Origin: Pelomyxa schiedti
Taxonomy: Eukaryota > Protista > Evosea
Direction of reading: 5' to 3'
DNA: 64,000 nt
NCBI GenBank assembly: GCA_020536535.1
Contig: JAHLWZ010000809.1
Span: 62,001 to 126,000 of the forward strand
The notes under the pieces were generated by a model, which saw nothing but the letters and a program-made list of their open reading frames with translations, was not told where the DNA came from and searched no databases. A program made the translations under genes and the position numbers. Shown one piece after another: positions 1 through 12,650 of this stretch; position 1 is the stretch's first letter; each line of letters opens with the position of its first letter.

Positions 1-380
1 AAGCAGTGGGGCACCACAAGAAAGAATACTGGAACTTCCCTCGTTTCAATTCAAACGCGATTCTCAAGATATTCCGGCTGGAGATACCACGTACTCCTCT
101 TGGAACCCTTGCTTACCACTTACACAATAACTTTAAGATGTGCCATTTGCCTCACTGACTATGAGGAAGGTGACCCTGTAAGACAACTTCCATGCAAGCA
201 CCATTTCCACTGCTCCTGTGTGGTTTGTACCTCAGAAGTAACAAACTTGGGACTGACTAGCCCAATTCACATAGGACAAATGGCTGGAAACAAGCAAAAC
301 ATGTCCATTTTGTAAAAAAGACATCGATGCCGAGCCTCCAACTCCCCAGACCCCCGACCAAGTTGGTACCGGCACAGTAG
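1..380 (+). CDS. RING-H2 E3 ubiquitin ligase, 3' part (5' end outside window)
   Basis: Removing introns 91-137 and 223-274 gives [42 protein letters not shown] (C3H2C3); stop TAG at 378-380. Confidence 0.9.
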
Positions 381-526
381 CAATTTTGCCCGAGACAGTT
401 GCCACAACAGACCCAACAAGAACTTCCTAGAACAACAAAAAAAAAACCCATAACAAACACAACAACATAATTCTAATGTGTAAAAAGTTCACTTTTTTTT
501 GTTGTTACATAATGAAAGGGAAAAAA

Positions 527-2907
527 TTAGCGTTTCTCTGAGTGGTAGAAGCGCAGTAGCAGGTATACAACAATACGTAGTGCTACAAAGGTGCAAGCAA
601 GAATGGCTAGATCAATCCATTTGCATGACTTACTGGTGCACAATCCAAAAGTCTTGTACACGTCTTGAGAGTAGGGCTTTCCTTCAAACTCGTTGACCAG
701 GAGGGCTTCAAAGGTGAACCACATGAAGGATGTACGAACTGACCACTTGGTTTCAGAGGGTAGACGAGGCCGAGTCATGAAAAATCCACCAAGGAGAAGA
801 GCATGTAGTACAAGAAGAACATAGGCCGCCACTGCCACCTTTGGGTTCTTTGCCCACGCTCCAGCTACATGAGCCAAGGAAAATACAACGCATACTACAC
901 AGCTAACCAGCAGCACGAAAAATACAAATCGAGAGAAGCGTGGATCCAGACCCACCATCCAATATGACACTCCCGCATAAGCCATAACTACAGAAATCAA
1001 TACTGGGAACTCCACGGTCAAAGAAGCTGCCCAATACGGAGCTGTAGAGAAGTGCCCACTAGCTCGTTCTCTTAAGAACATGTCCCTCTCCTCGCAAAAT
1101 CTGTTTTGCTCATTGAATAAAGTTATGAGACAGTAGTACTTACGTGTCAATAGATGGCATTACAAACATTATAAACGCGCATGCCAATAGCATCATTGTA
1201 TTAATACGAGGACCCGTAGTGGTTCCAATATCTTCCTGCTGCCAAAATACAATTCCAACCAGGAGTGCCGTTATTATCGCTGCTGCTGTCCGTATGTATA
1301 TCACTGAGGGGTTTCTGATCGTACAGAGCAATTCGCGTTTGCATAGTACAAAAAATTGATGTAACTTTGATGGCCTCTGGGAGTAACACTTCTTCACTCG
1401 ACTCTTCGATTTGCCTTGCTCAGATGGTATTTCAACATCAACAACTGTTGAGGTTTCCATAATCTCGGAGCACGGCTCTTCAATTGAAATGGAGTGCATC
1501 TCGTCACCTTGTGCGCTTTGAATATTCCCTTCAGGAGATGGACTTGCATTTGTACGGGGCTTGGGGCTTTTCCCATCTTTTTCTTGTGCCTGAATGTGTG
1601 CGATCTTCGTTGCCAGAAGAAGTCCTGCTTTACTCTCTAGAAAAATCTGGTTCAATTCTTGTGCAACCACAGATGATTCTACTTGAGGTTGTTCGACATT
1701 ATTGGCGTTTTCAGCATCCCCTATAATGTCGAGCATGAAGTCTGCACGTTGGAGAATTGCCAGTTATTTGAAGGCTAAACGCCATAAAAATCAATCAAAG
1801 ACTTTGAGAGAATCAGTCAAGTCAAGGATAAAGTGTTACCATACCAGCAGGATTGGTGAAAGGGGGGCATTTGTGTCCAAGAGAATTGAAATGTGGCACT
1901 ACATCCCCACTTCTTCCAAAGTATACAGTAAATCCCTCATGTAGAAGCAATATATAGTCAAGGATGTTGAATATCGTAGACCGTGGCTGGTGTAACGCCA
2001 CAACCTGGTAGAATTTAATTGTGACATGTAATCCGGAATTGGTACCACTGTACAGCCGGCATCAGCAAGCTTTCTCAAGCAAGTCATCACCTGTAAAGAT
2101 GTTTGGACAGTCTTTGAAAACGAATATGGAACCTTCATTGCATTAATTGCATCTAAACCCGTAGTTGGTTCGTCAACAAATAAAACAGAGGGCATTACAA
2201 GTAATTCCATTGCGATGCTCAGTCTTCTCCTCTCGCCACTGGAAATCTTTTCAGGGTCAGGTGGTACATGAATAGTACATAGACTCATACTCCACGAGCA
2301 GAGGAAGTTCCCACTTTAGTATTAGCAACCTTTGTCAAGTTGGTCAACTTGATCACAAAGTTCACTAAATCATCCATCTTGGGTCTTGAAATGTTTGCCA
2401 ACCTCAGTTCTGCTGTGTACCTCAGCGTTTCTTGGACTGTCAACCTGACAAGATAGTTATTGGTCATACTTGTTGAATATGTGTTGCCTACCTGGGCAAG
2501 AAAACATCATCAGACATAACATAACCACACTTATCTGTGAGCATTGAGCGAGTAGGGTTCACTCCTCCAATTTGCACCACTCCCTGGACTTTCCCTCTTT
2601 TTTGCCTCCCTGCCAGTATATCTAATAGAGTTGTCTTACCTTATGAAAGGAAGTGTAAATACCATAAACTAGTGTAAAGTCAGAACTGACCTGAACCAGA
2701 AGGGCCCATTATCGCCAACAAAGAACCAGCTGGAACACTCCCCGACACGGCTTTCAATATGCTCTTCTCGTGGTACGTGTACTTCACATCCTTGAAATCA
2801 AGTGACAATCTCTCACTCACCACAAACGTTTGTGGGGTGCCACACGCCCTCGCAGCACAATTCGCATCCACCGCATCTGCCGCAGATCCACCCCTACGAG
2901 CCATCAT
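527..2907 (-). CDS. ABCG (White-family) half transporter
   Basis: Walker A GPSGSG(K), signature [11 protein letters not shown], Walker [13 protein letters not shown]-terminal ABC2 membrane domain (ERDMFLRER...); multi-exon, start approximate. Confidence 0.92.
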
Positions 2908-3021
2908 TTTGTTTTCAAAAATACTTCGTAGCCCAGTCGTTTGCTCTGACACATTAGTTCCCCGGATGCCTCACGTACAACGACTAATTCTTTGAAATTC
3001 TAAAGTTCTAAAGACAAAAGA

Positions 3022-4184
3022 TTACAGAGACACATTAGTGCCGGTTAGAATGGATAGGGCAGCGAGTATGTGGGTTACAGCCGAGCCTCTGTCGCTGGAA
3101 TCTATGGCGGATGCCGCTTGCCTGGCATGCTTCTGTGCAGATTCCATCTCGTCCATGTTGGCTTTGTGGCTGAACTGGTATACTGGTGGAGAATTGTTCT
3201 GGAGTGACTGTGACTGGGACTGGGACTGCGATTGTGATTGTTGTGTTGTTGCTGATAAAGGTGGAATCGAGGCTGCCGAGTTGAGTGGTGGTGTGCTTTG
3301 TTGTTGCTGATTCCGTTGGCTGGTGGTAGGTTGCGGTGGGGTGGGAAAGGGGTCAAAGGGAGGGGATGCATGTGTGTCTTTGGGTGATTTGTTGGTAATG
3401 CTTTTGGCATGCTCTTCGCATACCTTCTGTTTTTGTTTTACCTGTTGTGCCTTGGTTACTTTGATTAGTGGATGATGCATACCGACTCAGACAGTTCCCC
3501 AAATATCAACAGGACCTGGAAGAAGTCCTTGGCAGCCAAAAAATTTTGTGCCGTTTTGCTTGTGGGCAGTGAAAACACCATAAAAGAAAGGCGGCAAATG
3601 CGGTACCTATCTGCTGTATTTGAGGCAAAATCGCGCTCTGCAATGTCATAAATCCTCGTAGCAAAAATTTCCACGTAAGGGCTGCCCATCCCCTCTTGGT
3701 CCAATAACCCAGCCAGGTTCTTCTTTTGCTATTCCATACAAAGTCACCCCACCTACACACCCCAACCACCAATATAAATAGTAACACCAGCGTGTCAAAG
3801 TGATATCCACCGCCACAACATAACACAACATTGGTGTAAAAAAAAAAAAAAAAAAAAAAACCCAATTTTGGGACACAAGTAACATGAAACTTAGCAAACA
3901 AAACAAAACAAAACAAAACAAACACAACACCACACCGTCTCGACGTCGTCCATCCAAGTCAATAGCAGGGCCTTCACGGCCTGGGGGCGGCCCCCCGTGC
4001 ACGCCTTGGTGATTTCGATGGCGCGCTGCAGCACGTACACCATGCAGTAGTAAGACATCACGCGGTCGACCGCCGCCACGTCCCGCGCTACGCCGTACAC
4101 CCCCGACACCTCCTTGATTACTTCCGGCACCTCCTCCGCCCCCACATTGCCACGGCCGCTACTCCCGGTCCCCGGTCCTGGCAT
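3022..4184 (-). CDS. VTA1: Vta1/LIP5 Vps4 cofactor (ESCRT)
   Basis: N-terminal MIT region (DRVMSYYCMVYVLQRAI; FATRIYDIAER; AQNFLAAKDFFQVL), P/Q/S-rich linker, C-terminal VSL motif AQKHARQAASAI. Confidence 0.85.
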
Positions 4185-4463
4185 CGCTCCAGTGGCTGAT
4201 ACCGCCGGTTGGCAAAAATCCCCGTTTGCACCTCGAACACGAGGGGGAAACGAACTGGGAAGGTTAAGAAAGCTATCTGGTTCCCACACTGCTGCCCACT
4301 CTGTGTTATCAGATTAGGAGGCAATTGTGGGGTACTTACAGATGTCCAGACCTGGCCACAATTTTTTGTTCAATACCACGATGGGAGACCAGGCAAGTTT
4401 ATGCCCTCACAATGTGCATATACTGTTCAAAAAAGGCGGAAAAAAAAATAAAATTGACTTGTA

Positions 4464-6081
4464 TCAGAGCATGGTAAACATAGATATTTCTGTGGATTGG
4501 TCTGCAACAAACAAGAGGTTGGTTGAATCAGTTTCTAGCCAGTTTACTTTCAACCCACGGTCTAATTGAATAACTGGATTAGGGTTTCCTAAGTTTGAAA
4601 TGAGTGTAAAAGAAAGGTACAAGTGCACATACCTGCTGTTTCAAGAAGTACTACTTTCCCATCATTTCCACCAGAAAAAATGTGTCGCTGTGCTGAAAAC
4701 CTGGGGAAAACACTAGAAAGTAAGGTCAGTTTCCAGTGACTACTTATAAAAGCTTACACTTGGGAGCAGCTTGTACAGTGTGGCTCAAGCATTGTTTTCA
4801 CTCTAAGGGAGGAGGGAACCATAAGAGCAACTTGTCCAGACCCCAAGGCAACAGCCAGAGTGGAGCTATCAGCTGATATATCAAGTGAATGCACATGCGG
4901 AGGGTTTGCAATCTGACCAGTCTGTAAAGAACCTGCTCTGCATTAGAAGGTGCAGAGGAGAGAAACAGATACCAAATGAAAACTGACTCAGCGGACGAGC
5001 ACGTCCCTGATCCCAGTAGAACAGCTGGCAATCCAATCCTCCTGATATAACTATACAGATTTAATTTTTTTATCTCAGATTCCAACTTGGAGGGTTTTAC
5101 ATTGGGTGGCATGTCCTGGAAGAAATTTGGCACAGGAACATAACTGAAACAGTTGGTTCAACTCCACACTTACATTTTTGGGAGCATACACTCGTGTGCT
5201 TTGAGAAAGTCCGGGATCTAGTCATTGTAGGTGCAGCACCGACATCGATTACAGTAACATCTCCACTGTCGTCTGCCAGAAGCATTTTTTTACCTCCCCC
5301 AACAGGGGCAGATGAGTGGTTGATTTCTTGTTTGCAAAATTGCTGAGATGAGGAAGCATGACTTTGGAGTAAAACGATTTCTGGCCGCCTAAGGTCAAAG
5401 CATGAGACCTTCCTGGCCAGTGAAAAAACGAAAAAAAAAAGGGGTCAGCCAACTTTTGTTCCATGAGTTGCATAAAGGAAGTGCTCTTGACCTTCAACAA
5501 AACATGTGCTCATAACCTTTTAACACACAGTCCATAAGGAATCCTGAAAAGAAGGAAAGAAAGCACACAGGCTCATTTAGATCAAAGTGTGCAATACACC
5601 GAGAAGCTTTCATAGTATTAAGGTCCCACAAGCGCACAGAGCCATCCTTCAATTTTTGTTTTAAAAAGTAAAAAAAACTGGTCTCGCCGAAAAGTTCACA
5701 CAACAAACGAAGCAACGGCGCAACACCACCAGGCACCCAAGTTGGAACCAACGTAACTTCGCTAGACGAGGCCAACGCCCTGGGGTTGTTCACATCCAAA
5801 GCCACGTGCAACACAGAGTCCTTGTGGCCGCAGAGGCTACCAGAAGCAACGACCCCCGAAACAGACTTGTGGGAATGAGCCCCTTGCCTTGGGGGCTGGG
5901 ACCGCTTGGACTGCGGCTGAGACCGAGACTGGGATGCTGGGGAAAGAATCTGCTGCGGTTGGGGCTCGGGCTGGGCGGCCGCAACTTGGCGCGTGTCGGA
6001 CAAGTGTGTTGCGCTCTCGGCAACTGTTGTATTAGAAGGTGGTGCCGCGCCGCTGCCTTTCTTCTTCCTTTTTTTCCCCAT
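4464..6081 (-). CDS. WD40 repeat protein, WDR53-like
   Basis: GHKDSV...DGSVRLWD, LADDSGDVTVID, NPPHVHSL, C-terminal KVNWL...LFVADQSTEISMF. Confidence 0.75.
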
Positions 6082-6449
6082 TGTTATTTGATCAAATTCT
6101 CCGAAAATTGCAGATGAAACGAGTGCTGCCAACTGTAGAGACTTCCTGAACTTTTACTGGTGCTTTATTCTCACGCCACCCACTTGTTCTGGGGCTCTGG
6201 AAACGTCTGTGTCCAATCATAACTCCATCTGAGACACTCCAGTTTGCGTATCTGGCCGCAGTTGCAAGACTTTAATTAAACCTCTAATCACAATACAAAA
6301 AAACACAGAACGAGGACCCCCTTGTGTGTCACCGTGGCCCTGCCCAGTCCCCTACAGCCCCACAACCAACAACACAACATCACGTTCCCACAATCCCAAA
6401 CAAGCGCTTCCACAGCAGCTCCCCAGAGTGCACCACACCCATAACTGCG

Positions 6450-9400
6450 ATGCAGCCTCCCGAAGATATGCAGGTCCTCGTGCATAGGCTCATGGCGGAC
6501 GACAACGCTGTGCGAAACGCAGCCGAGGACACGTTCACGCAGAACAAGCACACAGACCCCGACGGGATCGTCGAGGCTCTGATTGGCACTTTCGACAGGG
6601 CACCAAGTTCGCCTCACGTATGGGTCTGTTAAGGGGCGCCTATCGGTTGCGTGTGTGCTGTAACTTTCTGATTATGGGGTTTTTTTTTCTTTTCGTTGGG
6701 GTTGAAGATTTCTTCACATGTGTCGGGTATAAATAGCCGGGGGACAATCTTTTTGAGTGTACTTTTGTAGATTAGACAATTCATCATGACACAACTTAGA
6801 CGCCTACTCATATCAAAGGATCCTCCAAATTGGACCTCCTTGAAAGACGATTCCAAAAAACTTATTAAGGTACCTTCTTCCTTTGTTTTGGTTGGCATCC
6901 ATCCTCATACCTCATGAAGGTTAAATTACTATCTTATGTTTCATTCGAGAAAGAACGACCAGTTCTAAGATTAATCTGTGAGGTCATTGTTAACATCAAC
7001 TTCTGGAAAGGTGCTGGGTGGGGTAAAACCTCAAAGTGGCCACTCACTTACTTTCAGAGCCATGGCAGGAGGTACTGCCAACTCTGTTCAGTTGCGCTAC
7101 CTCTGAAGTAAGTCTCGGAAATCCTCCATCCAAATCTCACCAGGCAATCCAGGACTCAATGTGTCGATTTGCATCATTTGTACTCTTTGGGGATTTAGCA
7201 ATGATACTGGAACCTGGTCAATTCCGACCCTATTTCGATTTGATTAGAGATATTCTCCAAAAAGGCCTTGGGGACCCTAACATTCAGGTTCGTGCCACAT
7301 AACCCTGCCTTCTGACTCAAAATCAAAAAAGTGCAAAACGTCAGCACTAAACGCAACAGCGTCTTTTTTGCAAGTACTGAGAGAACCAAGAGAAACGGAA
7401 AATTTTCGAATGCTTTTGCCCTTGATGCTACAGGTAGTTAAGAAGCCGACAAGTTGGTCTTATTTTCAAAAAGTGCACTGCATTTGCCCTTCAAAGTAAC
7501 ATGGAAGATGAAGCTAAAAAATCACTGGAAGTGTTTGTGGAACTTGCGGGTCACGCACCATTCTTTTTTACTCCGAATATCTCTTCAGTGATTGAATCCA
7601 TGCTGGCAATTGCAATCACTGACAGTTACCCTGACTGTGTGCATCTCTAATTCGAATTCTTATCCAAAACTCAAAAGCTCTTATTGTGTAGCATGCAGGC
7701 ATACTGCAATGGAAGTTCTGATATCTTTAATAGAAGAAAAACCTGGACTGATGAGGTGACCCAAATTCTATTCTTCGAAGTCCAACCACCACTAGGAAGC
7801 AGCCAAATTTCATTACCTCGTTGCTCTCCTTATTGATGCGATGGTTAGTTTCAGTTGAAGATGACGCCGAGTGGTACCAATTTGACGATGACAACACTGG
7901 CACCTATAGTGAGGTTGCCGAACAAGCACTTGATAGGATTTCGTGTGCATTAGGTAGCAAGTCTCCCATTCCCGATTTTTAACCGTGTATCAGGGGGAAA
8001 ACATGTCGTTCCTATACTATTCCCAGAGATTCAGGCCTTTGTATCCAATAACACTGATTGGAAACACCGTTTCGCGTCTGTTTTGGCATTATCTACTTGT
8101 GCTGAGGGGTGCCAATATGTTTTAAAAAATCACATCCCAGAAGTTCTTAAGTAAAATCGTTCATCTTCGATATCGCTAAACAGTTTCCTTAGGTTCATTC
8201 TTGGACTTTTACCGGATCCTCATCCCCGTGTCAGATGGATGTGTCTAAATTGTATAGGACAATTCTGTAGTGATCTTGGAGTGAGTATATCCAACTTTGA
8301 ACTTGTTAAATAAAACCCTTTAGCCCGGATTTCAAAAACATCATTCTAGTGAGATTTTTACATCCACGCTTCCAACAAGCTCAGATACTTGTACCCGGTA
8401 TATCTTGATCTTGCTTCCTATATTTTAATTCTTGTGTAGGGTGCAAGCTGCACTGGCTGATATGATTGCTGGATATTGTGAAACGATTGAAAAACAAACA
8501 CTGGTGCCGCACCTCTCCGCTGTACTGCATCATCTCTTAATTATGCTACAACCCCAGATGAAGTACTTTTTTATTTTCCATTAATCCTGACTGATGACAC
8601 TTCTTTAGTAATGTGAAACTCCTTGAAAGTGTTATCGGTAGCATCTCTGCAATTGTTGAACTTGTTATGAATGCCTTCGAACCTGTACTTCCTTTACTTG
8701 TTTTTGTCTTAATGCTAATACTCTCCAACAGTACTATGATACCTTTGCTCCTATTCTCAAAAAGTAATCTGCTGCTTTGAAATTTGTATCCACTCATATT
8801 TTCCTCAGTTTGATGAAAAGTGCTAAAGCAAAAGAATACAGAACCATCCGTGGTCGGGCAATTGAGTGCTTGAGCCTCATGGGTGAGTTGTTATGCGATG
8901 GGCGTTTCCCCCACTTAAATTACAGCCTAGGTGTTGCTGTTGGAAAGGAGCGATTCTTTAAGGATGCCGGAGAAGTTATGCAGGAGATTCTCCACACTCC
9001 AGTTAGTTTTCTTCAATCTTGACTGCTGGCTTGACAATAAACAGGCGATTGAAGCTGACGACCCCCAAATGAACTACTTTGAAGCAGCTTTTGCCAGAAT
9101 AGCCGAGTGCCTTCAACAAGAGTTCTCACAGTACTTGGATTTAGTAATGCCTTCCTCACTCAAGAGGGCATCTGTTACTGCTAATGTGCAAGTTTTCGAT
9201 GGTAGGTTACGAAAACCCACTTCTCAACTTATCCACTCCTAGAAAAAAGATCAATGCAAGGTTGGGAAATGTACCGCGTTGGAGAAAAGTCCATTGGGAT
9301 CCACACTTCAGTTTTGGAAGAAAAAGCGGAGGCCATACACATTCTCTTAGTGTACGCCACACAGCTCAGACACGCATTTTTGCCGTATGTTCAAGCAGTT

Positions 9401-11082
9401 ACTGACATAGTTTTGACTGCCATGGATTTCATTTATCATGAAGGTAAGAAGTAATGTTTAAATGAAATAACGAACAAGAAAAAGGTGTTCGCATTGAGGC
9501 ATGCACTGCTGCTCCAGTCTTAATTGATTGTGTGCGTGCTTATTTAGAGCAACAAACAAACCCAGATCCAACGCCGCTTAATGTACTATTTTCCGCCATG
9601 GTCAGTGCACTTATAAATGCATTGGCAAACGAACCAGATCGCGAGGTTATGCTGTGCCAACTTAAATGCCTAGACCAGGTTTCGTGGTTGAATGGGCTCT
9701 CCCATAGATTGAAATATTCCAGGCTATTGGAGATATGAGACAACGCTGTTTAACAGCGGAGCAAGTACAAAATATCCTTATTCTAGCAGCTGCTGTGCTC
9801 GATGATTGGAAAGAACGAAATGAAGATCGCCTAGGTAAGGTGAGATGATGACTTTTTGTCTTACTAAGAAGAAAAGCTACCAAGAAAGACGAAGGTCATA
9901 CTGAGGAAGATGACGAGAAACTCACTGAGGAAGATGCACTAGATAGGAAAATTGCCAGGATGGTCTCTATTAACCATGAAATTTCTTTTCTCACAAGCTC
10001 AAGATGGTGGAAGTTATGAGGAAAGTCGTAGAGCATCACTCAGATGTTTACATGGCACCATTCAAATCAGAACTTGTACCAATAGCAGTTCAACTTTTGG
10101 TATAGGACCTTCATATGTGCTCAGTCTTTCAGTAACCATAATAATTAAGGCAGATAATAGACAAGCGTTTGAATTGCAAAGAGCAATATGTATATTCGAT
10201 GATGTGATTGAATTCTATTGGTGTGCAGTACTTTTCTTGGAGATACTTTCTCATGACGGATATAGCCCTGGAGCAATTGAATTCTTCCCCACAATTGTTC
10301 CGTTTCTTGTGAAATATTCCGGGCACAAAGATTACGCTCTCAGACAAGCATGCGTTTTTGGACTTGGTAAGATACATTGCTGTCACATTCACTCGATTTA
10401 ACAGAAATGTCTTCCCAGGAGCTTGTGGTCTTTATGCAGGAGAGGCTTTTGCCCCCTACATTGCAGGTCTATTTATCTCGATTTTGGTTCCTTTATAATC
10501 ACGTTCCCAGATTCCCTCCGGGTACTGGACTGGGTTATACAACAACCGGGTTCCCGTATTGGTGATGATCTGTTACCAACGGAAAATGCAATTTCTGCGG
10601 TACTTAAAATAATAGTGGGGCAAGGTCAGATACAGTTTTTGTTTTTCGTTTTTGCTCACTATTTGGTGGTAGAAACGAGAATCAACGTGGCAGAAATGCT
10701 ACCAAAGTGGCTGTCATACCTTCCCATTGTTGAGGACGACATTGAAGGCCCTTATTGCTATGACCACCTATGTGGGTTCATTGAAAGGTAAAAGCTCCCT
10801 TTCTTTATCTCTGTTCCAAAACCCCACACACCACACAGGGGTAATACCTACATCCTTGGGAATCAGTACCAGAACATCCCCCACATAATTAAAGTCTTTG
10901 CCCAAGCAGTCAACACAGAAGCCGTGACACCCATTATCACAGCCAGGATGTCATCCATAATCACCAACCTACAATCACGGTTACCACCTGCTACTATCCA
11001 GTCTGTGTGGTTATCACTCACACCACAGGAACAGTCCAATCTGCAGTTCCTGCATTCACCACCTCCACACCAATCCTCTTGA
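6450..11082 (+). CDS. IPO5: Importin-5/karyopherin beta-3 (Pse1/Kap121 family)
   Basis: DDNAVRNAAE, DPHPRVRW, RGRAIECLSLMG..VGKERF, ADDPQMNY, IGIHTSVLEEK, TENAISA, WLSYLPIVED; many short introns. Confidence 0.92.
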
Positions 11083-11134
11083 TCATAAATAGGCCCAAAT
11101 ATAATAACTTTAACAGTTTTGCAAATTTTACCTT

Positions 11135-12518
11135 TTACGGGAAGAACGTATGCAAAGCGACAGCGGACAGTAGACCCGGCATCAACCAGACGGCACAAGA
11201 CAACAAACAAATGCGGCAAAGAAAAGAAAAAGCAACCGCAACATAGAGAGAACCCGTGGAAAGCAAACCAGAAGCATCAGTGACAACAACACTGCCCACT
11301 TCGAGGAAGTTTGAGCGAAAGGGTGCCACTTCAACGACTACGATACTGGTGTCAGACTGTGACTGGGCACACATGCCAAAACATATTTTCGACGAGGTTT
11401 TTTACTTTCTTTCTTTCTTCTTCGGCGGAGCTTCTTCTGTTTATCATTGACATGCAAAAATTTGAATAAAATGGCTCTTTCCTTGAGAATGTCTCTTGAC
11501 GATATAATTCAGGGTAGGTAGGTGGGGGGGGGGATGGAGGGGATACCTCTCCTCCCCGAGCTCCTCCTCTCCCCAGACTCCTCCACTCCACACCTCTCCA
11601 GTGATAAGCTTGATCGAAAGTGGACTCCCGTTACAGCTTGGAGGATACAGTTCTTTCCTTCTTATCGTGAACTCTATTGATACTCGAAAAAGGCGGGAAC
11701 CCACTGAAATGCAGGCAACCTGAGTATAAGTCCCAAATCTTGCAGGTAATCAATCAGTGAGCACGGTCCGGAAGATTCCATTTGACACATGCGGCTATTC
11801 TTGTTTTTAAGACCAATCATCCGGATTTTCTCCCTTTCCTTATTGAAGCAGACAGACCAATAGTCTGGATACCCCCGAAAGCTTTATTGTACCATTGTTC
11901 TTGCAGTGCTGGTGAGAGTGCATATCATCTTCTAACTGAAACTGCCTCAGTGGACTTGAGAAACTTGTGGAATAATTGTGGATCCACCGCAACACAGCGC
12001 ATCTTTCAAAGCTTTTGCAACTGTAGGTTCTGATTGGGCATTACCATCTCCTCAGTGGTGACCAAGTGGTCCAGCAAAACCCCTTTAACAGTTTTTCCCA
12101 CGGGAGAACAATTTTCGCTTTTCTGTTGGAGTACTGGGGCCGCCCGCCGGAAAGTTATGACCTCACTTTCAGTTCCATTGGTTGCACAATTCAAGTCTTG
12201 GGTTATGTTCAATGACAATGCATCTGGGCCTATTCACTCTTGGATAAGGTCGGCGCTCACATTTCAGATTTACTCCGAGGAAGTTGGTGCCCAACAAAGA
12301 AATGTGATGCTATATTAGGGAGCAGGTTCGTTTACTGATAAACAGTGCCCAGCAGCTGTTAACACATGTTCATGGTTCAAATCCTTCTTTCTCCGAATAT
12401 TGAAATAGAAACTAGCTAGAACAAAACTACTCTTTCCTTTGAATCTCGGAGTCACTGGGTACTAGCACATCATCAATCCACCAATACCTTTTTTCCAAAT
12501 GTTCACCGCCTCACATTC
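11135..12518 (-). CDS. Hypothetical multi-exon protein (boundaries uncertain)
   Basis: ATG at 12518, GT-AG-bounded segments and open stretches (e.g. 12006-12218); no recognisable domain. Confidence 0.3.
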
Positions 12519-12650
12519 CCTAAAACGGGGCACAAAAGCTATGAATAATTTGTTGTTCAGGAATATATGTTTTAGCATTTTGTAGTCAAATAAAATCACA
12601 AATACAGTGGGGTGGAAGTTGCTGGTGATGCAGTGAAAATGATTGAGGAA

